The position numbers and the translations under genes were made by a program. The notes beneath the pieces are model-generated. The model ran no database searches. It was not told where the DNA came from and saw only the letters and a program-made list of their open reading frames with translations. A stretch of DNA of 64,000 bases from Kudoa neothunni (Eukaryota; Animalia; Cnidaria): positions 3,547,631 to 3,611,630 of the forward strand of contig OZ199840.1 of NCBI GenBank assembly GCA_964304625.1, given 5' to 3'. Positions 13,420 through 25,310 of this stretch are shown in pieces; position 1 is the first letter of the stretch; each line of letters opens with the position of its first letter.

Positions 13420-15911
13420 GTATCCCCCTCCAAAAATTCGTCCTTTTGCGCGTGTGAAAACATTCCGATTTTATAACAATCATCTGTTTACATTTTTTAA
13501 ATATGGAGTGATCGTTAATGTCTTTAAAAATGTCTGTTTAAAAAAATCAACAAAAATGCAGCTTCAACCATTATCGTAACCTGCGCGTTCTTTCTTTATC
13601 CTGTATTTCCCTAAGTTCCCACATATATGCAACTTTGCGACTATCATTATCTTGAACATAGCCATATTATTGCATTCGAGGTTATAAACCATATTTGACT
13701 CGGTAGCGGTAGTATCAGTTTTAGGTAATTTGTTTGAATTTAAAATTAATTTTTACCCATAAAGAATTCTAAATATTAAAAGTTTCTTTGATTAGAAATG
13801 TCAAATCCAACTAATTTTAGTTTACATAATTTTCTTAGTGGTTTATTTCTTTAATGGTACGAGAAATTGTGACACTACTACATCTATCATAATATTTCCT
13901 ATATTTGTAATACATTAGAAACTTATAAATTATTTAAAAAATTATTGTATATGGAAAATGTAACATTTGAAAGGATACGTTTATAATTATAGGAAATTCT
14001 TTTGCATTAGAATGTTACATAATGATCTATAGTTCTAGACGAATGTAAACATATTAAAAACGAAGCATTCTGTTTATTTTTACTATTTCGTCGTCCGAAA
14101 CATCCAACAAATAAAGCACGGTTGTTATAAAGATTTTTAACAAGTTTATTACATGGAAATAAAAAAATTATCGGCTCACAAAAATGTAAATTGCTTTGTA
14201 ACGTATTAATGTATTCATTTGGCATAGCTTCTGTTCTATCAATTAAAAGATTAACTCTTATAATATTGGTAATATACGTTTGTAGTGAAAACTATGTTCT
14301 CAATAACTTTTAAATGTACATAACATAATGATACAATACAGAAAAATTTAAGTTATATTTATATATAAAGATACCAAATGTTTCAGCAAATCGAAGAAGA
14401 ACCATACAATAAAATTGAATACACTAATTTTCATTATTTCCATTTCTATTATTAGTAATAGAAAATATTCTTGCTATTTATTTCAAAATAAAATCGAAAA
14501 AATCCAATGAATTTTCATGTTTCGATCGGAACCACTCCTCAGCCAGGTACAAATGAAGCATATCTTTCGGCACACCACTCACCACTCACCACTCACCCTT
14601 CGCAAAAGCTTTGTTTTTAAATGGAGCTATACAACCTCCACAATGTTTGTATGATCCCCGTTAGCTGTAACGTATTCTGTTGGGTGGTTTATAATTATAT
14701 GGTTATATCCATAAATTCTTAATCGTTTGAACCCTTCCATTCGCTTGTGTATATTGTGGAGCGATGTGATACCTCTTGAAGAATTAGGGGTATAAGGGTA
14801 CATATATCCCTTCGACCCACTATGAAAAATCTTGACTCCAGCAATTTACGTTTACCTTAATCGTCAACGGAATATTCACAAATCCCAACTACCCACGGAC
14901 CTTCTATTCTGTTCTCATATTTTTCGACATTAGTTCCACCAGAATCGTCCTCCGTGCCATCGTCAGATGATGATGGAGAATAAATTTCATTAGGAGCGCT
15001 TCCCCAGATATCTACTCTCAAGTACCTACCATGATTATTTTTCCGGTTTCCTCTCAAAAGGCATTCGTCTATTTCAATAATTCTTTTTCCTTCGAACTTT
15101 TCATGCCGCTGAAAACTTCCCCTACAAATTTTTCTTAAAGATGATTAACATTATGTAATAGTTTTGAGTGTTATTCCAGTTAAAATAAAAGCCTGGCATC
15201 TAAGCTCTTCCATAGCCCACAAATTAACCAGCTAAAAAATATCGGAGACCGAGAACTTGAAAGAATTATCTTGAAATTTATTCATAATAATTTCAAAAAC
15301 ATTAATCACTTTGAACAAATAAAAGTGAATTTTTCTAACCTTCATTCAGTCTTTAATTTATAGGTGTTATACCTACAACAATTCTTGCACTTGTTCAGCA
15401 TTTCCTGTAATAGACCTTTCTCGGTTAAGAAGTTTAGCAAGGTTTTTTGACCTAGAAGCAGCTTATAAACTGGCGCTGTGACTTGAATTCTACCATTACT
15501 AAGCTTGAGAAACTTTTTAAATATAACTCGCTAATTCATCTCTGATCAAGATTTTTCAAATTAATAATTAAAATCACAAAAACTATATCAAATAACCAAA
15601 AATGTAGAACAAAAGTAGCGATCTATTGACAATTCTAATAATATTACAAAATATAATTAAATCGAACATAATAATAGTCTCAAATTTGTATATATACGGA
15701 AACTTAGGGAAATACAGTTCAAAAAACTAACGCGCAGAGCTGTGCGCACACTACGATAATGGCCGAACCTGCGTTTAAGTTGATTTTTTTAAACTGATAT
15801 TTTTAAAGATATTTGTGGTCATCTAATATTTAAAAATGTAAACAGATAATTTATTGTAAAATCGGAAGGTTTTCACACGCGCAAAAGGACGAGTTTTTTC
15901 GTAGGTGGTAC
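13420..15911 (-). mobile_element. Merlin/ISXO2-like DNA transposon with ~230-bp TIRs and a decayed transposase
   Basis: About 13420-13650 is an inverted copy of about 15670-15911. The minus strand at 14500-15100 encodes IIEIDECLLRGNRKNNHGR..GPWVVGI..RDICTLIPLI..TIYTSEW..HTNIVE..LHLYLAEEWFR, which are ISXO2-like DDE motifs, with stops and frameshifts. Confidence 0.85.
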
Positions 15912-16948
15912 AAAAATAAATATTTTATCTAAAAATGTAAAAATTGCCTATTTTTGTTTTTTTAATAAAACCAAACAAATACGAAAAAAAGATGCGAAAA
16001 AATATAGCGTTAGATTTTTGGACAGAGAAAACCTTTCTAATATTATTCATCGAGCTCCTAAACACAGATTAGGAACAATGTCGCTAGCAACTAAAAATAT
16101 GGAGCTTTCTCATATTTGACAGCTTCTTCTATGGTTTCTATCTTATATGCATTCTCACGGCTATGAATTTTCTTTAAATCTTCTAGCAGTGCTTTGTCGT
16201 CAGCTATCTCTAATGCATTTAAATCGATAATATTATTTTCATTATCTAATAATAATTTTAATCAATAATATAAAACATAATTTTTATAGCTCAAATTTTA
16301 TCACGATATAATGTGTAATATATTAAAAATCGAAAACACCGTAGAATAGTTTTGAGATATTATGGAAAATAATAAAAACCTGTTGTAGATTATAAATATT
16401 AATTAAATTAACGGGGGGTTTTTCCGCCTTTCTAAACGACCATTATATTATTTTACGGCAGCGTGAGTCTATGCAGTGTCTTTGTAAGCGTTATTTTAGG
16501 CAATAATATCTAAAACGAAAAACTGATTATATTTTTTAAACATTTTTTCAATTAAATTAACAGATGTTTGTGCATAAAATACTTTATTCTAATTTATCTT
16601 AAATAGTGCATATTGTATTTCCTAATTTCATACTTATTGAAGGAGAATTTTATGATTTTATATATAAAAAAAGAGAAGAAAATATTTTTCTCTATAAAGA
16701 AATTGTTGCGTTAATAAACACAGTGCAACCTCGGACTTCGACCATAATCTGTTCTTGAAGTGTGTTTCGAATTCCGAATCAATTTTCCTAAGTAAAATAA
16801 TGAAAATTAGTTTAATCCGTACCGCTCATCAAATAAATGACTATTTTTATTCTTATTTATTAAAAAGCAAGCATGTCTTGTGTTAATAACATAACATTAA
16901 CATATAACGAATAAATATTAAAAATAATAGTAAAAATGAGATATACGA

Positions 16949-17079
16949 TGTAAACACAAATTCCGATTTGGGATTCGAACCTGCATTATTAGCATTACAA
17001 GGCCGGTGGTGCCATACCCCTCTGCTCTCGTTCGCACGTATGATTGGTGGATTACCACCTTTATAATCCACATGTTACA
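16949..17079 (-). mobile_element. Solo LTR-like insert (TG...CA) containing a tRNA-derived sequence; TRIM-like
   Basis: The minus strand starts TGTAACA and ends TGTTTACA. It is flanked by TACGA (16944-16948) and TAGGA (17080-17084); the paralogous MITE has a single TAGGA at 63033-63037. Confidence 0.7.
16962..17037 (-). pseudogene. tRNA-like (Thr-TGT-derived) sequence within the solo LTR
   Basis: A-box-like AGCAGAGGGG, anticodon loop CTTGTAA and a perfect B-box GGTTCGAATCC. The acceptor and anticodon stems are degenerate, so it is not a functional tRNA. Confidence 0.65.
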
Positions 17080-17747
17080 TAGGATAAATATTTGTTGGTC
17101 GTCATACGATAGACTATAAAGGGTTTTCTTTCCGATGACGTTCGCACAACTTGATTGAGCGAGTCTCCTTCTACAGTTTCTTTTCATCTCTATTTTTTTG
17201 CTCCAAATGGATTTGTTTTGAACACCCTTTCTATGTGTTCTAACTCAAAAATGCTTCTGACTCAAAATTTTTGGTCGAATTCTGAGGTTGCACACTGTAT
17301 TTTTATTTACAAAATTTGAGTCATATACCGCGCGTTTTCGCTAGTTTACATTATGACTGACCAGGGCTATAAAATCTGGTATTTTAACTCGAAATAAGAT
17401 TATTTATATAATATATATTTTTAGGAATAAGAAAAATAATGCTGATTAAATTTTAAAAGACGATTTACTTTAAATATGGGGTTTAGTGTAAGGCGGTTTT
17501 ATTTAATATACTATACGTATTGAAAAGTCTGACTGAGGTTGTTTTTAAAAATAGAGTTTCATAGAACGTTCCGCGCATTAACACGGCATAATTTATTAGT
17601 TCATTTTCAATTATTTCAAGACGATCTAATACGGGTTAAATACTATTAAAAAATCCACTTAATCCAGAAATAAAAGTTTAACAAGAAAATGCCATCTATC
17701 AAGGTATCAAGATGGCAACATTATATTCAATAAAATGACAAATAATG

Positions 17748-18700
17748 CTATATCGAATGCTGTTGTTTTAGATATGTTTGATATTGCTGTTGATAGCACT
17801 CGTTGAGAATAGAATCAGCAAGGAAATAAGGAGTCGGGTCAAAACTATTATTGCACAACGGTACTTCTAGAAGACTTGCCACAGATTTTAAAGTAGTGGA
17901 TTGGTAGGAAAGCGATTCATTCATGATCTCATCAAGAGTAAAGGATGGACTACTAATAACAACACAATGATTCCCACTACTCCAGTCTACACTCTTGAAA
18001 TAATTGTTGTTTGGCTGTGGGAAGTGTTGTATTATCGGAGAGGGTCGCTAAAAAAATTGAGAAAATGATATAAAGTCCATAATTACCAATGGTGGAGACA
18101 TACGGAACATGAATTTGGGAATCTCTAGGAAAATAAGAACCATTTACAGCCTCATCAAGTTTGTTGATTTTGAATATCGGAACATTGAATATAGCTGGGA
18201 CAGAGTTATTTATTACTTTACTGTTGTATAAATCGACACATTGATACAATAGAATTTGACGACAATTTGTTAAAGCAGCAGCTCTAATGAGGGCAGCTAT
18301 ATGTGTTGTTAATAAAAGTGCGGTAAAAACATCCAACCATACATAAACTATTAGGTTTCCTTATGTTGTTCAACAATAAAGTAATATTAGATTCAATAGG
18401 TGATTTTTTAATGGTAGAGGATATCGACGAATAGTTTGGACGATGAAATACAGCCACCATGGTGGATTGGTGGGGTAGAATTTTTCTTATTTTATCTTCG
18501 GTTGTCAACAAAATTTTTTCACCTATTGATTTTGTGGTGCTCTCTACAATTTTCTTTTTATCCTTTGTATCCAACACAAATATTTTCAATGGCATGTTTC
18601 CATTTCTGATGGCTTGCACAATAGATGTGGTTTTCGTGCACAACAAAACGTCGAATTTTTCAGCAAAATCGTCCATTGTAAACTTTTTGAAAATTTCAAC
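17748..18700 (-). CDS. MRM3: Mitochondrial rRNA methyltransferase 3-like (SpoU/TrmH family); 5' exon(s) upstream of 18700 unresolved
   Basis: LLLNNIRKPNSLSALIRAAALTNCRQILLYQCVDLYNSKVI..AIFNVPI aligns to LICDNLRDPGNLGTILRSAAGAGCSKVLLTKGCVDAWEPKVL..AHFRMPI. The C-terminal VDWSSGNHCVVI..LEVPL..ADSILNECYQQ ends with a stop at 17748. Confidence 0.75.
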
Positions 18701-21700
18701 CTACGAGAAACCATTCAGTAGTTAGTGTCGACTTATATATTTTAAATGGTTTGTTACGGGCTTGTAAAATAACGAGTAATCGAATAATCGTAATTAAATC
18801 GTCTATAAATGTGATTTTTCATGCACCATGCGATCCTATTAAAATAGTGTGGGTGATTTACACATCTTACAATACTCATGGTTCGTGGATACAAGGTAGA
18901 TGTAGATACTTGCCTCACTCTGGTCACGTGTCGATTTCAAATACGACACAACCTTAGAAAATCGAAGTTCCAATCTTATCCTTAAAAAGCGACTATTTTC
19001 CAGCATAAACCTAGATGTAATTAGGTCGATTTTGGTTTGAATTTATTTCTGTATTCATTATGATTTATTTAATGGTGTTTTCGGCCAAATTGAAATTTTT
19101 TTTTATCCCAGGGTTTGGAATAATATATTATCAACCCCTCTTCATAATTTTGAAGATGAGATAAATAAAATCTTCAAGTTATACGTTTAATCGCCGATAA
19201 AATTTAATCCTAAACGGCATGTAAGTTTGCGCATTGGGAATTTTTAATGTCAACAACGCCTACTTACAAGCTATGTATAGATTTAATTTTTTATAATTAA
19301 ACATAGTTCCAACTAGTGTCTTATCAATATTATTTACAGGTGTCAATTGTCATTTCCTTTTTGGAACTCCACGTGACTCTATAATTACAAAATTAATAAT
19401 TTTTCAGAATAAAAATAAGTTAGAGATATTTTTTCCCATGCGAAATTCATTTAACGCTTTAGGGTTGGCCTGTAGTGGAGTATTTTATTTTTTATTATAG
19501 TTAGTTCCCCCTTATCTAACTAAGATTTAGTTGATTCATATTCAAAAATTCATAAATACGTATATGTGCGTTTTAAATTGTGAAATTATTAAATTTAAAT
19601 ACGACATGCCATTACACGTGGGTGATTCGAGCGTGTGAATTTCATAGGATTAGTTCGATTTTTTTTATTTTTTCGCCCTCTAGCGCACGATCATCACCAG
19701 ATAGAGTAATTAAAATTTTTGACTCTTTCTTATTCATTTCCATTCGTTCTGTTTGGTTTAAAAGTGTTTAAATTATTTTCACTCATTTTTAAAATTTAAT
19801 AAGATTTTATTCGTGCCACCCAGTACAAAGTACACGAACGAATTTATCACTAAATATGCAACTATGCAGATCCATCAAATGAAGGTGATAATATTTTATA
19901 CTGGGAATGGAAATATATTTTATTTAGTGTTCGTTCATTTTAGCTCGTTTGAAATTTTAATTTGTGTTAATGGTTAAATTGCAGACTAGGGGACGTAATC
20001 CAACTCAGCCACAGCGGACAAAAACGAACCGGTTGAATATTTTTTTAGAGTAATTTATCAATGTCGCATCTCCAGTAGGGTAACGTTGGCAACAGCTATT
20101 TGTCATCACAATAATAGTTTGTGTAATCTATTATATGTTGAACTTCTAGCTCCTCGTGATTAGATCAACCGGCTGTATCGCCAATAAAGCTGGTTCATGT
20201 AAAGCATGCTTTATGTATTCTAAAATAGAAGTTGAAAAAATCTGATTTTTGATGGATTATCACAATATAAACTTAGAGATTGTCTACAGTTTCAATTCCT
20301 TTTCTATGAGAATAAGAATTTCATATTTTATATAAGCATTCGGTAATTAATTGTAGAAAAAGCATAACGTTAATATAAAAAATAATTTAATGGATAAAAT
20401 TCCGACATTACTACCATTAAATGTTTAAACAATATCACATTAACTTAATTTGAAATATGTAGGATTAATGTACGAACTAATTATTATTTTTATTCGGTAA
20501 ATGTGGCCACGATTCTGATTTTAACCAAATAGTTGTATTAATTTTATTAAATTGAAATATTTAATCAAAAAATTGTAATGGAGGAAGTTTATTTTCATTT
20601 CTAGGTATGAAGTAATTATTTATTACATTGTTGATCAAGAAATTATTTCTACAAATATTAAATTAGAGATTATGCGATGACACTTAAATATCTTAGTTTA
20701 ATTGAAAAAATTGTTATATTTATGACGAAATTAAAGCTTGATCTATATGATCTAATACCGAGTTTTTGAAAAGAGCCGAATAAATATCGTCTATATATGT
20801 GTAATATCCTTTGTCTGCCAGTGTGTCCACAAGTGCGCATATGAGACTAAAATTTTTCCTTATAGAGAGACATATATAAAATTTTTATGCGAATTTATTT
20901 CAAATTTAATTTCTTATTAAAATATGGGCATGAAAGGATTAGGTATGACATGGCTACCTTGGTTTTTTCTGAAAGAGCAAGTTTGATTTTCGTCGAGACT
21001 CATGTACGAAGTATCAGTGGGATACAATGAGGCACAAAATTTTGATTGATAAAAGTAATAACAGTGCGCGTGTATTGTGTAAATAATTTTATTTTAACTC
21101 ATTTTTTCAGGAGTTAAATATGATAAACGGTGTTTGATTAAAATAACGTATTTTATAATTGTGTTTCGAGACATTTTAGCTCTACTTTGTAATTATGTGG
21201 AAATGTATTGAATTATAGAGTGATACGGTTCACCTCGTAATCTCTTAACTTCCATTAATATCAATGATATAGAAATTCATCAAAAATAAAAATGTTTCCT
21301 ACAAATTTTTGTATCCTCTTAGTACTTTTGGAGGTATACAATGATGTATTATTTTAGATTTTGCAATGTAGCGGCGAAATATAAAGGATAAAGGGAGAAT
21401 ATTTCGTTAACATGAATTAGGATTTTTCATTATTACATTAAAAGTAATAATTCGTTGTTGTAAAGAGATGTAGAAATCAACCAAAATATTGATTCAATGC
21501 AAATATTTTACAATAATTTTTCTTCGAATTTTTAACCGAAAAATTATCTTGCGATTTCTTTTAGTCGCATACATTGAAAATAACGAATAATGAAATGACA
21601 TGTGAGATAAATTTAATACACGCGCGTTCACATTTATTGCTTGAATCAATTCTTTCTTAAATAATTATAGAATAAAATCAATTATGACACATCAAGTTTC

Positions 21701-22822
21701 GAAAAGTAATAAATATAATACATTAAAACTCAATTCAAAAAGATTATAATTTCAATAAAAAAAGGAAATTCGCGCGCAAACATTGGAAATGCTATAAAAT
21801 CTCTCATCATACAAAACTATAGAATTAGGCAATAAAATTAACGTAAATTTAATATAAAAAAGGTTAGTCTACGAGGATTCTGACTTCGTCGACTGGATTG
21901 GCACCGATGTTCACGCTATTTTTTATAATTCGGTGAATGATACAAAACAAACATTAATCAAGTATTAATAAAGTTCAATTCGATTAAAGCTAAAACGATT
22001 AATCTCCCACGAGAAGAGGTTGATTTAGGATAAACATGAAATTATCACGATATTACACAAAGGAGGTTAACATTTACGCACTATATAGAACAATCACACA
22101 CAATTTCAATTTCTTAAAACTGTATTCAAATAGATGTATCTAAATAGTTATTTCTAAAGAGTATTATTTTATGGCTGACACTATTTGCATGGTGAATTTT
22201 AATCTTAACAACTCTTCCCTACGGGTTATATACAGATTTAATTTTTAAAATTTACTAAATTTTATTACTGTTAGCCCATCATTTTGCTCTACCAAACCAA
22301 AATAACTAAATATAATCAAAATTAATAAAACCGGAATATTATTTACTAGTCAAACAACCATTTTCTTTTATTACATTCAAACAAGAAAATATAATGTTTA
22401 ATAAACTTAATATAATCGTATACAGATCTACTGATAGTACTAGATATAATTTATCCTTCACCACTGAAAATTGTCACCCGACTTCCAAACCGGAACTCGT
22501 GTGAGCCCATGGACTAACACAAAAGGATTTAAAATGTGTGCCCTTCAATATATCGAACTGATTTAATGGCACATATCCAGTATTTGTTGTCGATTTTACC
22601 AGAATTATTTAAAAATTTGATTCTATTCAAATTGTCGCATGATTCTGAATTATAATGTGAAGTTTTTTGATCCAATATTACCGTTATCCCGCCTCTATCC
22701 TGCATCGCCAGCTTAACATGGGGTGCGCGCCTGCAGACGAAATCGCATGAATGTTGCGATTATCACGTGAATAAACGGACTAGAATCCGATTTCTGGGCG
22801 GACAATTAGCTGCGAATTTACA

Positions 22823-23776
22823 ATGAATGGGCACCGTACTCCTAGCAAGGGTTATTTAATTGTTTTCGAGGGTTTGGATAAATCCGGTAAATCGACACAG
22901 TCGAAAATGTTACTCGATTATTTCAATCAAAAAAATAAATCCGCCATGTTGCAACGTTTCCCAGGTAGAAATGCGTTGAGCTCTATCGATTGATCTGTTT
23001 CTCAACCGCAGATAGAACCACTTCAACAGGAAAAATTTTGAACGATTACTTGGCCAAGAAAATCATACCGGGGGCAGTAAACACTGCTTGGGATATGTCC
23101 AGTGGTGATCGTACGATACATTTGTTATTTTCTGCTAACAGATGGGAGAAAATGTATTTATATTTGCCAGAAATTTAATCAAATAATGAAAAAATTGATC
23201 AGCATTGTTACCACAGTCATATTATCATTAAACATCAAACTTTAATCGATAAGAAATAAAAGATAATTTTGCATTGGAGAATTTAGTGAATGAATTTAGG
23301 CCACTTTTGTTGGACAAACTGGACAAAGGAACTCACGTTATCCTCGATAGATATGCATTTTCTGGTGTAGCGTTTACACATGCCAAAGTATTGCATATTG
23401 TTGGTAAACTCATTAATTGAGGTAATCAAGGGTTATGACCTTGAGTGGTGCAAGATGCCTGATCAAGGTCTCCCGAAACCTGACATCATTTTCTATCTGA
23501 ATGGCTGTGTGGAAAAATTGAATGAGAGAGAGAACTTTGGCACCGAAATCTACGAAAATGTACCATTTCAAAACAAAGTTAGCTTAATTTACAAATGTTT
23601 TGAAAATTCCGATCTCAACTGGAAAGTATTAACTTGGCGGTAAACTATGTGAGTTCATTGACATTTTTCAGATAATTGACGCTGTGAGAGATCCAGACAC
23701 AGTTCATCACGAGATTGTTTCACACATCAAAAATCTTCCCCCGATTTCTTCTAGCACAATTGACACACTTTGGTGA
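22823..23776 (+). CDS. DTYMK: Thymidylate kinase, 5 exons
   Basis: LIVFEGLDKSGKSTQ P-loop, RFP|DRTT, HLLFSANRWE, DRYAFSGVAFT, WCKMPDQGLPKPD, with canonical GT-AG introns. Confidence 0.96.
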
Positions 23777-24118
23777 AATGTTACTTTTTCACCTAAATTC
23801 CAACGTTTCTCCGTTCTCCTTTCTCCATTTGATGTTAGATCTTTAGTGAATACAACTGAATACTTGATAAAATTATAGTTTTTTTTGATTGTTTTCATAT
23901 TTTTAATTTTTTAAAGGCAAATTTACACTTTAAATTTACATTAAAACACATATTTTCTTGAAATAAAGATTCTCACTATTATTAATTATTACTTCGTATC
24001 GCAATATCGCATGATAAATTAAATTCTAATGGAAAGTGGCTAAACTATTCGTAATTTATTTTTATTTTTGTAAGTTACAAGGGGGCTATGAATTAGTAAA
24101 ACTCCCTTTGTTCTGTCG

Positions 24119-25310
24119 ATGCGCTTGCGTGGAATGACCTCGCTTTATCAACCTCTACCAAGGTAGTGTCTTGGTTGCCACATTCATTCAAATTTATTGA
24201 ATTATAGTGATTCTGTTTTTCGTCGAGTTTTCAAGAAGTATTCAGTCAATTGTCAGAGCGAAAATATCGATTTTAGTGAAATAATTGACTTTTCAAAACA
24301 AAATGACATCAAAAACAATTCCAATATATTCAGTGTAGTAGGAGAAAATAACGGCTTTGAATTTGAAGACATTGCGTATCAGGAAATTTTTCAAAATGTA
24401 AAAGATTGGAATATTTACGGGTTTAAAAATCGCCCCGGCTTGTTTGTCATTAGAGATAGTTTGAAACCCATCTCACAATATTATTTTACAATGAGAGCGT
24501 TGACCCATTATTGTCAATCTCCGTATTGGAACAATTACAACAATCATGACTACACGGTTGATGTGGACCACGTTAATACCCCCTTAAAGGGTAATATTTG
24601 GGATGTTGGAAGAATTAGGCATGAAAGCAATAACTACAATGCTGGCTTATTTGATCTTCAGTCAAAATATTTGAAGTGGTCACAGGGGGGCTATTTGTTT
24701 CATCATGATACGCATTCGTACGATATGGAGCCACATGTCCCACTTTGTACCGAGTTGAAGCTCCTCGCATGCTACATATCTTCGGTTTTGAATATCCCCA
24801 ACTGTAACAAGTTTAAACCTGATTCAGTTCTTATCAACTACTATAATGGAAGTGGAGGGATGCTGCCAAAAAGAAAACCTACCATTTTACGACCACATAC
24901 CGATACCTACGAACAAACTATGGATTACCCCATTGTGACATTGTCTACTGGATTGCCGGCTATATTTCTAGTTGGAGGTGACGACCCCAACGATTCATTA
25001 CCACCTACAGGTAATAGTAGTAGTTTGGTTAGACAGATCGCTTATTGATGTAACTTTTGTAGGTGTTTGGTTGAATTCTGGAGATATTTGCATATTGTCT
25101 GGCCCTTCTCGAACAGCCTACCATGCCGTTCCTAGAATTACCTCAGATTCCTCTTCGGTTCCAAATATTGATCAATCAGATACATGCTGCATTCCTTCAT
25201 ACTTTAGTGATGATGATAAGGATACATTTTTAAAATATTTTCAAGATATTAGATTATACATGCAACAATTTAGAATTAACTTTAGTGTAAGACAATTTCT
25301 CTCGCATTAA
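24119..25310 (+). CDS. ALKBH1: AlkB homolog 1, Fe(II)/2OG dioxygenase, 3 exons
   Basis: DSVFRRVFKKY, RPGLFVI, INYY..HTD (HxD), PAIFLVGG, LNSGDICILSGPSRTAYHAVPRI and RINFSVRQ. The start could also be 24134. Confidence 0.92.

Larger units (their letters stand above)
16721..17297. mobile_element. pogo/Tigger-like MITE, copy 1 (carries a 131-bp insertion)
   Basis: TIR CAGTGCAACCTCGGACTTCGACCA ... TGGTCGAATTCTGAGGTTGCACACTG|TA; colinear with the copy at 62847-63244. Confidence 0.85.

Noticed and set aside
16962-17037. Functional tRNA-Thr gene
   Set aside because: The stems do not pair and it lies inside a TSD-flanked insertion, so it is treated as an element-borne tRNA-like sequence.
17325-17600. 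Helitron-like 3' ends (short hairpin followed by CTAGT/TTAGT)
   Set aside because: The hairpins are imperfect, and no 5' TC end or second copy could be matched.
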